Shown: one piece after another, positions 8,232 to 17,279 of the stretch
How positions within the stretch are numbered: position 1 is the first letter of the stretch
Layout of the letters: every line of letters starts with the position of its first letter
Assembly: GCA_965227775.1 (NCBI GenBank)
Contig: OZ245777.1
Span: 3,232,001-3,296,000 of the forward strand
Direction of reading: 5' to 3'
Length of the DNA: 64,000 nt
Origin: Phycisphaerales bacterium
GTDB lineage: Bacteria > Planctomycetota > Phycisphaerae > Phycisphaerales > UBA1924
The notes under the pieces: generated by a model
The model's database searches: none
Seen by the model: only the letters and a program-made list of their open reading frames with translations
What the model was told of the DNA's origin: nothing
Translations under genes and position numbers: made by a program

Positions 8232-11200
8232 ATGCCAGCGTTCGACCACTCGGGAAGGTGCCGCGTCTCCGCGGCGTTGGCGATGGCACTGGCGGCGGGG
8301 ACGGCGTCTCTGCAGATGGCCTGTGCCAGCGATACGGCCCCTGCGGCAGAGCCGGCCACAACGATGACGCGGCTCGGTGACGAGGCCAGCAGCAGCATCG
8401 TGACTTCCGCCGCTTGGATGGCCAACCAGGCACGGGTCGGGTATCCGCGGATGCCGAGCCTGAGCCCCGACGGATCGACGATCGTGTTTACGTGGGCGGG
8501 CGACTTGTGGGCCGTTTCGCGCGACGGCGGCATCGCCTCGCGGCTTACGACGCACCCGGCCGACGACCTGCGCAGCGCCTTCAGCCCAGATGGCACAACG
8601 CTCGTGTTCGAGTCCGAGCGTGACGGCAGCCGCAACCTGTACGCCATGCCCGTGACCAGCGAGAATGGACGCGTCGTCGGCGGCGCTGTTCGGCGCTTGA
8701 CGCTCAGCGATCGCTCGCTCACGCTCGCGGGTTTCGCGGCCGACGGCGAGTCGGTTCTCGTGCACGCGAACCTAAAGCCCAGCATGTATCGTGGGGTGAA
8801 CATGTGGTCGGTGCCACTCGACGGCGGACCGATCGAGTCTCTGACCGATGCGTTCGGACTCATGCCGCGGATGTCAGCGGACGGCTCGAAGGTGCTGTTC
8901 ACGCGGCAGCGCGACCTGTTCGACCGGCCCGCGTATCAGGGACCGGCTGCCGGCGACGTGTGGGCGATGGACACGCAGACCGGCCGCTTCACGCAACTCA
9001 CGGCGTTCGACGGGAACGACTCGAACGGGTTTGCACTCCCCGATGGCTCGGTGGTCTATACGTCGAGCCGGCATGGGCAGAACAACCTCTGGCACATTCC
9101 GGCGGGTCAGACCGACGCCGCGGGGCCGCGCCGGTTGACAGACTTTGCTCCCGAGGAAGGTGAGCACTCGATCGCGCATGGCGTGCTCGACCTGAACGTG
9201 TCGAACGATGGCTCGACCGCCGTGTTCCTGGTGTGGGACACGCTGTACACGCTCGACCTCACCCAGCGGGGAACCGAGCCGCGAGCGGTGGAGATCTATG
9301 CCTCGGGCGATTCGCAAACGCTTGACACGCGGCTCGAGACGCTGGGCCGCCAAGTGAGCGAAGCCGCCTTAAGCCCCGATGGCAAGACGCTCGCCGTGGT
9401 CGCTCGCGGCGAGGTGTTCATCCGCAACACCGAGGACGATCGACCCACCCGCCGGGTGACCTTCACCAGCGGCCGCGAGCAAGATCTGGCTTGGAGCCCC
9501 GACAACCAGTACCTGTACTTCTCGAGTGACGAGGAGGGCGAGTTTGCGATCTACCGCGCAACGGTCAGCCTCTCACGCGAAGACCTGACGCCCGAAGAGG
9601 CCGAGGAAGAAGCTGCCGAAGAAGCCAACGACGAGGCGGACGAGGCACCCGAAGAAGCAACAAAGGAGAGCGCCGAAGACGAAGCCGTCGATGGCGAGGA
9701 AGATGCGGCCCAGGAAGAAGACAAGGGCGAGGCTGTCGAGGAACAAGAGGCCGAAGAAGAGAAGGTCGACCACGGCAAGCGCTGGTCAGAGGGCCTGCGT
9801 TTCGAGGTCGAGCCCTTCATCGATGGCGGCGAGCGCACGGTGCGGCCCATGCCCTCGCCCGATGGCTACCGCCTGCTCTACGTCCGTGAGCGCGGCGACC
9901 TGTGGCACCGCGATCTGGCCTCGGGCGAGGACTCGCTTGTGTTCGAGAGTTGGAACGAGCCGGGTGTGCAGTGGGCCTCGGACAGCCGGCACATCGTGTA
10001 CCAAGTCGCCGACCTGGACTTCAACTCCGACGTGTGGCTGCTCGACCTTGATGGCGAGAGCGGCGAGCCGGTGAACATCACGCGGCACCCGGACATCGAC
10101 ACCGCCCCGCAGCTGAGCCACGACGGCAAGATGCTGGTGTTCTTGAGCGATCGCGCGGGCAACAACTGGTCGTACGATGTGTACGGCGTCATGCTCGATC
10201 GCTCGCTCGAAGGAAAGACCGACTACGAGCTTGCCGAGTACTTCAAGGCCGCCGCCAAGGCGGTGGGCAAGAAGGGCAAGATCGACACGCCCGACATGAG
10301 CGAGCCCCCCGAAGAGCGTGAGGCGCTCGAGTTCGACGTCGAAGACGCTTGGAAGCGCGTCCGTCGCTTGACGAGAGTCGATGGCGCGAGCGACCTGGCG
10401 TTGACGCCCGGGGGCGACCGCGTTCTCTTCAGTACCAGCATCGACGGGAGCACCAGCCTGTTCTCGGTCGACTACCGGGGCCGCGACCGGAAGACCGTGC
10501 AAAGCGGAAGCGTCTCGCAGGTCCGCGTGAAGCCCGATGGGTCCATGGCGCTGTTCATCCGCGGCGGCCAGGCTGCGACGGCTAGGCCGTCTGGTGGTGG
10601 CGCCAACACCTTGGGCATCGACGCGACCGTGCGCATCGACGTGGCGGCCGAGCAGGCCCAGAAGTTCCGCGATGCGGCCAACATGCTCGGGCGTGAGTTC
10701 TACCACCCCACGATGAAGGGCCTTGACTGGGACGGTCTGACCGAGCGATACCTCGAGCTGGCCCGCGTGACACGCACGCCCGACGAATTCCAACAGGTCG
10801 CCCGCTTGATGATGGGTGAGCTGAACGGCTCGCACCTGGGCATCTGGGGCGGCACACAGTCGTACAGCCCGCCCTCCATTCGCACGGGCTATCTGGGCAT
10901 CAACGCCACCGCGGTCGATGGCGGCTACGAGGTCACCTACGTGCTACCCGAGGGGCCGGCGTGGCGCGCCACCAGCCGCCTGCACGAGGGCGACGTCATC
11001 ACGGCCATCAATGGCATGCCCCTGGCGCCCGATGGAGGCATGCCGGCCATGGACCTGAGCGAGGCGATGGCCGGCACCTCGGGGCAAGAGACCCTGCTGG
11101 ATGTCGTGCCCGCAGTCCCCGAGTCGTCGGCGTACGTGCTCATTGTGCCAACGTCTTCGGGTGGCGACACCAACCTTCGCTATGAGGATGGTGTTCGTCA

Positions 11201-11813
11201 CCGCCGGGCCAAGGTTGAGGAGCTCTCGAACGGACGCGTGGGCTATCTGCACATCCGCGGCATGAACGAGCCTTCGCTGCGCGACTTCGAGCGCGATCTG
11301 TTCGCGGCGGCCAACGGCAAGGACGGCCTGCTCATCGATGTGCGCGACAACGGCGGCGGATGGACGACAGACATCCTGCTCAGCTCGCTGACCGCGCCGA
11401 GGCACGCATACACCATCCCGCGCGGCGCCGACCCTGATTCGGTGCCCGAGGATGCCTACCCACGTGACCGCCGCCTGATCTACGGCTACTCGCGCCCAAT
11501 CGCGGTATTGTGCAACCAGAACTCGTACTCGAATGCGGAGATCTTCTCGCACGCCATCAAGACCACCGGACGCGGGACCCTCGTGGGCCAGCAGACGTAC
11601 GGAGCGGTCATCTCGACCGGCTCGTACCGGCTGATCGACGGCACGACCGTGCGCCGGCCGTTCCGCGGGTGGTACCTGCCCGATGGCACCGACATGGAGA
11701 ACAACGGCGCCATGCCCGACGTGCTCGTGCTCGTCGATCCGAGCGATGAGGTCGAGGGCACCGATCCACAGCTCGAAGCGGCGGTGCGGGCGGTGATGGA
11801 GGACATCGAGTAG
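8232..11813 (+). CDS. Tricorn protease homolog (S41, PD40 propellers, PDZ)
   Basis: Repeated SPDG PD40 motifs; VGYLHIRGM, IDVRDNGGG, SYSNAEIF, GQQTYG and ENNGAMPD. AGGAGAG RBS before ATG 8232. Confidence 0.92.
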   Translation: MPAFDHSGRCRVSAALAMALAAGTASLQMACASDTAPAAEPATTMTRLGDEASSSIVTSAAWMANQARVGYPRMPSLSPDGSTIVFTWAGDLWAVSRDGGIASRLTTHPADDLRSAFSPDGTTLVFESERDGSRNLYAMPVTSENGRVVGGAVRRLTLSDRSLTLAGFAADGESVLVHANLKPSMYRGVNMWSVPLDGGPIESLTDAFGLMPRMSADGSKVLFTRQRDLFDRPAYQGPAAGDVWAMDTQTGRFTQLTAFDGNDSNGFALPDGSVVYTSSRHGQNNLWHIPAGQTDAAGPRRLTDFAPEEGEHSIAHGVLDLNVSNDGSTAVFLVWDTLYTLDLTQRGTEPRAVEIYASGDSQTLDTRLETLGRQVSEAALSPDGKTLAVVARGEVFIRNTEDDRPTRRVTFTSGREQDLAWSPDNQYLYFSSDEEGEFAIYRATVSLSREDLTPEEAEEEAAEEANDEADEAPEEATKESAEDEAVDGEEDAAQEEDKGEAVEEQEAEEEKVDHGKRWSEGLRFEVEPFIDGGERTVRPMPSPDGYRLLYVRERGDLWHRDLASGEDSLVFESWNEPGVQWASDSRHIVYQVADLDFNSDVWLLDLDGESGEPVNITRHPDIDTAPQLSHDGKMLVFLSDRAGNNWSYDVYGVMLDRSLEGKTDYELAEYFKAAAKAVGKKGKIDTPDMSEPPEEREALEFDVEDAWKRVRRLTRVDGASDLALTPGGDRVLFSTSIDGSTSLFSVDYRGRDRKTVQSGSVSQVRVKPDGSMALFIRGGQAATARPSGGGANTLGIDATVRIDVAAEQAQKFRDAANMLGREFYHPTMKGLDWDGLTERYLELARVTRTPDEFQQVARLMMGELNGSHLGIWGGTQSYSPPSIRTGYLGINATAVDGGYEVTYVLPEGPAWRATSRLHEGDVITAINGMPLAPDGGMPAMDLSEAMAGTSGQETLLDVVPAVPESSAYVLIVPTSSGGDTNLRYEDGVRHRRAKVEELSNGRVGYLHIRGMNEPSLRDFERDLFAAANGKDGLLIDVRDNGGGWTTDILLSSLTAPRHAYTIPRGADPDSVPEDAYPRDRRLIYGYSRPIAVLCNQNSYSNAEIFSHAIKTTGRGTLVGQQTYGAVISTGSYRLIDGTTVRRPFRGWYLPDGTDMENNGAMPDVLVLVDPSDEVEGTDPQLEAAVRAVMEDIE

Positions 11814-11860
11814 GTCCGCGAATTCGCGCCGCCCTTCAGGGCCTTGCCTAATCGCTACAG

Positions 11861-11892
11861 ACGGACGCCCCTGGGGCGTCCGTTTCGTTTTT
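11861..11892 (+). terminator. Intrinsic terminator after tricorn gene
   Basis: ACGGACGCCC-ctg-GGGCGTCCGT followed by TTCGTTTTT. Confidence 0.75.
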
Positions 11893-11946
11893 GCGGCTCT
11901 GCGGGTTTGCGCGATGGCCGATATCCGATGCGAGGAGTGCGCGCGC

Positions 11947-12651
11947 ATGGCAGGAGAATCGACAATCGTTCGGTCCGCCGTAGGTGTGTGGCTGCTGGCC
12001 GTTCTCGGCGCGGCGGCTACGGCCTATTGGGTGCTGCCGTACGACGCGCAGGCGGGCCTCTTTGCGCTCGGGCTGCTGTGCATGGCGTACACGCTCGCAG
12101 CATTTGGGCTCTCACGCCGGCAGGCCGGGCTCACCGCGCTACTTCCGCTCGCGTGGCTGGCCGGCTTCGGCATGTGGCTGCCAATCGGCCAGGACTTCGG
12201 GGCCGAGACGATGGCACCGATCTTGAGCGATTGGGGCGTATCCGAGGCGATGGTCGAGTCGCTGGCGTATGCGCTCGTGCTCGTGGTGGGCGGTGTAGCG
12301 ACGAGCGCCATGCTGTACCTCGGCACCGCCTCGGCCTCGATCTTCTGGCACGTGCTGGTGCTCACGGCGCTGGTGGCAGGCGCCTCGCTCTCGCACGACG
12401 ACACGCCCACGACGACGTTTGCCGCGATCATCGCCTGGCACGCGGGCGCGGCGGGCTCGCTCATGCGTTGGGCGTCGCACACGGCATGGGCCGTGCGGCA
12501 AGGCGTCTGCCCGCGCTGCAGCGAGGACGTTCGCGGCGTCAACGGCAACTCGTGCCCAAGCTGCAAGGGACCGCTGATGTTCACGCCCCCGCCGCGCCTG
12601 GCCGCGCCCGGTACCGGTCCCGCAAAGCCGATGAACGATCGCGCTGCCTAA
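11947..12651 (+). CDS. Multi-TM membrane protein with C-terminal zinc ribbon
   Basis: About six hydrophobic helices, then CPRC-x10-CPSC. Start may be 11914. Confidence 0.7.
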   Translation: MAGESTIVRSAVGVWLLAVLGAAATAYWVLPYDAQAGLFALGLLCMAYTLAAFGLSRRQAGLTALLPLAWLAGFGMWLPIGQDFGAETMAPILSDWGVSEAMVESLAYALVLVVGGVATSAMLYLGTASASIFWHVLVLTALVAGASLSHDDTPTTTFAAIIAWHAGAAGSLMRWASHTAWAVRQGVCPRCSEDVRGVNGNSCPSCKGPLMFTPPPRLAAPGTGPAKPMNDRAA

Positions 12652-13193
12652 GCCACGGTGCAATCTCTGAGGTACGGGATCGGCGTCACCGGTCCGGTTC
12701 CCAGGTAGGGCAGCAACTCGACGGGGAGAGCCTTAAGCCCGCGACGCCGCGCCTTGCTCACGGCGTACCGGAGCGCATGGTCGATGCGCTCATGTACCTT
12801 GGGCGTGATGTTCAACCCGTGGGCGTGCATCTGCTGGAGCGAGAACAGCCACGCGTGGTACTCCTCGAGGCAACGCGGCTTGTATGCGCCAAGGCCAATC
12901 GCGTGGTGGCCGACCTCGTGCAGGAAGACCGCAGCCGAGATCGGGCCGCGCGGCCTGGGACTCTCGATGAGCCGCGAGATCGTGCCATCGGCATAGTGCA
13001 CCTCCCACGCGACGCCGCTGGTGCTGCTGCGCCACTTGCGCACGCGGATGTCGTAGCGTGCGAGCATCTGCCGCGCGACGGCTTCGTAGCGGTCGGCCGC
13101 GGGCGTGCGCCTCGCGGGCGGCTTGGCGACCACGACCGGGCGTGGAGGCGCCGGCGGCTTCTTTCTTGGGATCAGGTCCCAGAGCGTGCGCAT
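12648..13193 (-). CDS. Small basic HExxH metalloprotease-like protein (SprT-like)
   Basis: FLHEVGHH...EEYHAW; overlaps the fmt stop. Confidence 0.7.
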   Translation of the reverse strand: MRTLWDLIPRKKPPAPPRPVVVAKPPARRTPAADRYEAVARQMLARYDIRVRKWRSSTSGVAWEVHYADGTISRLIESPRPRGPISAAVFLHEVGHHAIGLGAYKPRCLEEYHAWLFSLQQMHAHGLNITPKVHERIDHALRYAVSKARRRGLKALPVELLPYLGTGPVTPIPYLRDCTVA

Positions 13194-14125
13194 GGCTGGC
13201 GCTCCGAGGTTGCGACCTCGCCCGCGGCGAGCGAGCGGCCGTTGGCGAAGGCGGTGAAGTCCATCGGCTTCTTACCGGCCGGCTGCACGGTGATAAGGCG
13301 TAACGCCGTGCCGTGGCCGCACGCGACGAGACCTGAGGCATCGATCAGCGTGCCGGGCGCGGCGCCGTGGTCTTGCAGGTGGGCCGCGACTCGCCCGAGC
13401 TTGAGCGAAACGCCCGCGAGGGAGATGCTCACGCCGGGCCACGGCGTCAGGCCATGGACGCGATCGCGGCAGGCGTGCGCCGAGTCGTTGAAATCGATCC
13501 AGCCGTCGGCCTTGCTGAGCTTGGGGGCAAACGTCACGCTGTCGGCATCCTGCTCGACGGGCTCGAGCGTGCCGGCCTGGTAGCGCTCGAGTACGTCCGC
13601 GACGACCTCGACGCCGTCCTGGGCCAGCACATCGTGCAGCTCGCCAATGGTCAGGCTCGGGTCGAGCTGTCGGCTGGCTTGGCCCAGCACGGAGCCCGCG
13701 TCCATCTCGTCGGCGAGCGTGATGACGCTGACGCCGGTGGTCTCGTCACCAGCCAGGATTGCGGCGTTGATCGGCGCAGCACCACGCCACCTGGGGAGGA
13801 GTGACGCGTGCAGGTTAATCGCGAACCTATCGTCAAGAAGCTTCTGCCCGAGCTTTTGGCCAAACGCGATCACGACCCAAGCATCCACCTCGTAGTCGCG
13901 GATCGGGTCTCGAACGTCGGGCGTGTTGACCTTTTCGGGCTTGAGCACTTCAACGCCCGGCATGAGCGACTCGGCCTCGCTCGCGATGGGCGTGGGGCTG
14001 AGCGTCTTGCCTCGGCCGGCGGGTCGGTCGGGCTGCGTGACGACGGCGACGACCTCATGCCGCTGCGCAAGCATGCGCAGCGTGGGCACGCCGAACGCTC
14101 CCGAACCAAAGAACACGACCTTCAT
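13172..14125 (-). CDS. fmt: Methionyl-tRNA formyltransferase
   Basis: MKVVFFGS, VVTQPDRPAGRG, INLHASLLPRWRGAAPI, MDAG. Confidence 0.97.
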   Translation of the reverse strand: MKVVFFGSGAFGVPTLRMLAQRHEVVAVVTQPDRPAGRGKTLSPTPIASEAESLMPGVEVLKPEKVNTPDVRDPIRDYEVDAWVVIAFGQKLGQKLLDDRFAINLHASLLPRWRGAAPINAAILAGDETTGVSVITLADEMDAGSVLGQASRQLDPSLTIGELHDVLAQDGVEVVADVLERYQAGTLEPVEQDADSVTFAPKLSKADGWIDFNDSAHACRDRVHGLTPWPGVSISLAGVSLKLGRVAAHLQDHGAAPGTLIDASGLVACGHGTALRLITVQPAGKKPMDFTAFANGRSLAAGEVATSERQPCARSGT

Positions 14126-14155
14126 GCCGGCGGGCCTCCCTGCCCTTCTTAGGAA

Positions 14156-14755
14156 TCAGCGTGCCTTGCGTTCGAGCTTGCGGACCGCCGACCGCGTGCG
14201 CAGCCGGTCGAGCTGGCCAAACTTATCGATGATGAGCACACCATCGAGGTGGTCCGTCTCGTGCTGGATGCATCGCGCGAGCAGGCCTACGGCCTGGACC
14301 TCGAACCGCTTGCCGTCCAAGCCGGTTGCTTCCATGACGACAGCGTGCTGGCGATTCACCTGGCCTCGGATGTCGGGCAGGCTGAGGCAGCCCTCCTCGA
14401 TCGACTCGAGGTCGCCGACCGGCCTGAGCTCTGGATCGATGCAGACCCAGGGCTTGCCTTCGGTGTGCTCCTGGATGCCCTCGGGCAGCGCGGGTGCTTT
14501 GGGATCCGCCGGGATGGCGCACACGAACATCCGCCATGGCAGGCCGACCTGCGGGGCGGCCAAGCCGATGCCTTCTTCCTGGCGCATGATCTCGACCATC
14601 CGATCCGCGACTTCGCGGACGTTCTCGGTGACCTCGCCAACGGCCTTGGCCTTGGCCCGTAGTACGCGGTCCGGGTGGAATCGCAGGTGCAGGCTCTGCG
14701 GGTCTGCGTCGGGCCGGGTCGTGCTCTGGCTGGGCGTGTCGGCGTGCTGGGGCAT
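14156..14755 (-). CDS. def: Peptide deformylase
   Basis: GIGLAAPQVG, EGCLS, QHETDHLDG. Confidence 0.97.
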   Translation of the reverse strand: MPQHADTPSQSTTRPDADPQSLHLRFHPDRVLRAKAKAVGEVTENVREVADRMVEIMRQEEGIGLAAPQVGLPWRMFVCAIPADPKAPALPEGIQEHTEGKPWVCIDPELRPVGDLESIEEGCLSLPDIRGQVNRQHAVVMEATGLDGKRFEVQAVGLLARCIQHETDHLDGVLIIDKFGQLDRLRTRSAVRKLERKAR

Positions 14756-14856
14756 CGTGGGGATGATATTGTGCGGCGTCGGTGCGGGCGGGCAATGGCC
14801 CTAGAATCGCGGCCGCGGGCATTCGGGCGGACGGTTGACCAGACTGGAGCAGGATT

Positions 14857-16428
14857 TTGGCGATCTTCGGCGGCAAGAAGAAGAAGGATGCCCAGGGGAC
14901 TCCCGAATCGAACGGAGCCCCGGAGCCGGAGTCGCCAAGCGGCGGCAAGGGCGCCGATGGCGATGGCGGCAAGAAGGGTGGCAAGGGTGCGGACGGCGGC
15001 AAGGGTGCCGAGCCGGGCCCGACCTTCAACCCCGAGGCCGCCGAGCGTTTCTTCGAGCACGCCCGCACTGCCCACGAGACGACCAACTTCGAGTACGCGA
15101 TGAACCTGTGGCTCAGCGGCCTCAGGCAAGACGCGAGCAACATGACGGCCATGGAGGGCTTCTTCCGCTCCGCCTCGGCGTTCGCTGGCGCGAACCCCAA
15201 GAAGAAGCCCAAGGTCGACGTGCCCACCAAGACGCCCGTGGACAAGTTCCTGGCGGCGCTGCTGAACTGGGCCACGCGCCTGAGCGACGGCGACGCGGCG
15301 ATGCGCGCCGGCGAAGCCGGCGCGAACGCCGGGCTTGATGAGCAGGCCTACTGGTGCCTGGAGCGCTCGATGACGCTGGCCAAGCAGGCCAAGCGACCGA
15401 GCCCGCTGACGTTCAAACGGCTCATGCAGCAATTCGCCAAGGTGGGCGCGTACACCGAAGCCGTCGAAGCAGGCAACATCGCGGTTCAGCTCAACCCCGC
15501 GGACAGCGATCTGGCGAACGCGGTCAAAAACTTCTCGGCCCAGGCGACGATGAGTCAGGGCGGCTACGACAACGTTGGCGAAGAAGGCGGCTTCCGCAAG
15601 AACATCCGCGACGCCGCGAAGCAGCAGCGGCTGCAAGACGAGGAGGCCCTGTCGAAGGACGAGGGCACCATCGAGCGTCTGATCGAGCGGGCGCGGGCCG
15701 ACTTGGAAGAACGCCCCGAAGACCCTCCCACCCTCAACAACCTCGCCAAGCGGCTGCTCGAGCGCGGCACGCCCAAGGACGAGAAGGAGGCGTACGAGGT
15801 CTACAAGAAGGCGTATTCGCTCACCAAGGAATTCCGCTTCCGCCAGGCGGCCGACGACATCAAGATGCGCGCGTGGCGCCGCCGCCTGATGGCCCTTGAG
15901 AAGAAGGCCAAGGACAGCCCCGACGACGAGAACGTGCAGCAAGAGCTCGAGAGCGCTCGCAAGGACGTGCTCGAGGCAGAGACGAAGGTCTACGCCGCTC
16001 GCGTCGAGGCCTATCCGACGGATATGTCGCTCAAGTTCGAGCTTGGCCGGCGGTACTTCGATCAGGCCCAGTACGAGGACGCGATCGCCAACCTGCAGCA
16101 GGCCCAGGGCGAGCCCAAGCTGCGCGTGCGGACGCTGCACATGCTGGCCCAATCGTTCCTGGCCATGGGCTGGGGCGATGAGGCGGTCACGACGTTCCGC
16201 CAGGCGCTCGACGCCCATGGCCGCGATGGCGACGCCACGGGCATGGAGATCAGCTATGGCCTCATGGATGCGCTGTTGACCAAGGCGACCGATCACCGCG
16301 AGCTCGATGCCGCGGTCGAAGCGGACAAGATCGCCTCGGGCATCGCCATCAAGGACATCGGCTTCAAGGAAATCCGCTCGAAGCGCGATGCCATCAAGAA
16401 GCTGCTGGCCGAGCTCCGGCAGGGTTGA
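14857..16428 (+). CDS. Tetratricopeptide-repeat protein
   Basis: Helical repeats (FELGRRYFDQAQYEDAIANLQQA); TTG start after GGAGCAGGA; Gly/Lys-rich N-terminus. Confidence 0.8.
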   Translation: MAIFGGKKKKDAQGTPESNGAPEPESPSGGKGADGDGGKKGGKGADGGKGAEPGPTFNPEAAERFFEHARTAHETTNFEYAMNLWLSGLRQDASNMTAMEGFFRSASAFAGANPKKKPKVDVPTKTPVDKFLAALLNWATRLSDGDAAMRAGEAGANAGLDEQAYWCLERSMTLAKQAKRPSPLTFKRLMQQFAKVGAYTEAVEAGNIAVQLNPADSDLANAVKNFSAQATMSQGGYDNVGEEGGFRKNIRDAAKQQRLQDEEALSKDEGTIERLIERARADLEERPEDPPTLNNLAKRLLERGTPKDEKEAYEVYKKAYSLTKEFRFRQAADDIKMRAWRRRLMALEKKAKDSPDDENVQQELESARKDVLEAETKVYAARVEAYPTDMSLKFELGRRYFDQAQYEDAIANLQQAQGEPKLRVRTLHMLAQSFLAMGWGDEAVTTFRQALDAHGRDGDATGMEISYGLMDALLTKATDHRELDAAVEADKIASGIAIKDIGFKEIRSKRDAIKKLLAELRQG

Positions 16429-17249
16429 ACCCGAAGGCCCCGCGATTGGCCAAGCCCCGCTCCATTGCCATCATCCCCGCCCGAATGGGCTCGACGCGCT
16501 TCCCCGGTAAAGCGCTCGCGAGCGAAACGGGCAAGCCCATGGTCGTGCACGTGTGCGAACGGGCCAAGCTGGCCCATGCCGTCGCGAACGTCGTGGTCGC
16601 CACCGACAGTCAGGAGATCCGCGAAGCGGTCGAGTCCCACGGCTTTGACGCGGTGATGACCAGCGCCGAGCACGAGAATGGCACGAGCCGGCTGGCCGAG
16701 GCGGCCAAGACCATGGGCCTGAAGAGCCAGCAACCGATTGTCAACGTGCAGGGAGACGAGCCCGAGATCGAGCCGGAAGTCATCGACGCGGCCCTGATCG
16801 CCGTGGGCCAGAACGTGCTTCCTGGCATGGTCAGCAAGATGTACCGCATAGCCCAACTCGGCACGGTTGCAACACCGTTGCTACCACACGAGGACGTCTC
16901 CAATCCGAATCTGGTGAAGGTCGTGACCGGGCTCATGGAGCCCGACCTTGGCGTTGGCCGAGGCCTGTACTTCTCTCGATCACCCATTCCGTTCGATCGA
17001 GATCGCTCGTCGGCCGCCGCGCCGCTCCGGCACGTGGGCATCTATGCCTATGACGTGTTCTCACTCGAGCGGTACGTGTCGCTTGCGCCGACGCCCTTGG
17101 AACGCAGCGAGCAACTCGAGCAGCTTCGCTGGCTCGAGCACGGGCTGCCGATCGCTGTCGCCGTCCGTCGGTGCTCGCACCAGGGAATCGACACGCCCGA
17201 GCAGTACGCCGCGTTCGTCGAGCGATTCCGGGCCGGCACGGGCGGATGA
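16425..17249 (+). CDS. kdsB: 3-deoxy-manno-octulosonate cytidylyltransferase
   Basis: IIPARMGSTRFPGK, VNVQGDEP, LYFSRSPIP, HVGIYAY, LEQLRWLE. Confidence 0.95.
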   Translation: MNPKAPRLAKPRSIAIIPARMGSTRFPGKALASETGKPMVVHVCERAKLAHAVANVVVATDSQEIREAVESHGFDAVMTSAEHENGTSRLAEAAKTMGLKSQQPIVNVQGDEPEIEPEVIDAALIAVGQNVLPGMVSKMYRIAQLGTVATPLLPHEDVSNPNLVKVVTGLMEPDLGVGRGLYFSRSPIPFDRDRSSAAAPLRHVGIYAYDVFSLERYVSLAPTPLERSEQLEQLRWLEHGLPIAVAVRRCSHQGIDTPEQYAAFVERFRAGTGG

Positions 17250-17279
17250 CGGGCGCGGCTGGGTTGGCTATCCTCTCTG

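Noticed and set aside
11844..13583. 579-aa plus-strand ORF
   Set aside because: Arg-rich off-frame read overlapping three better-supported genes.
14356..16296. Long antisense ORFs (also 6707-8197, 35072-36661, 39869-41401, 42982-44511)
   Set aside because: Shadow frames of well-supported genes in high-GC DNA; no motifs.
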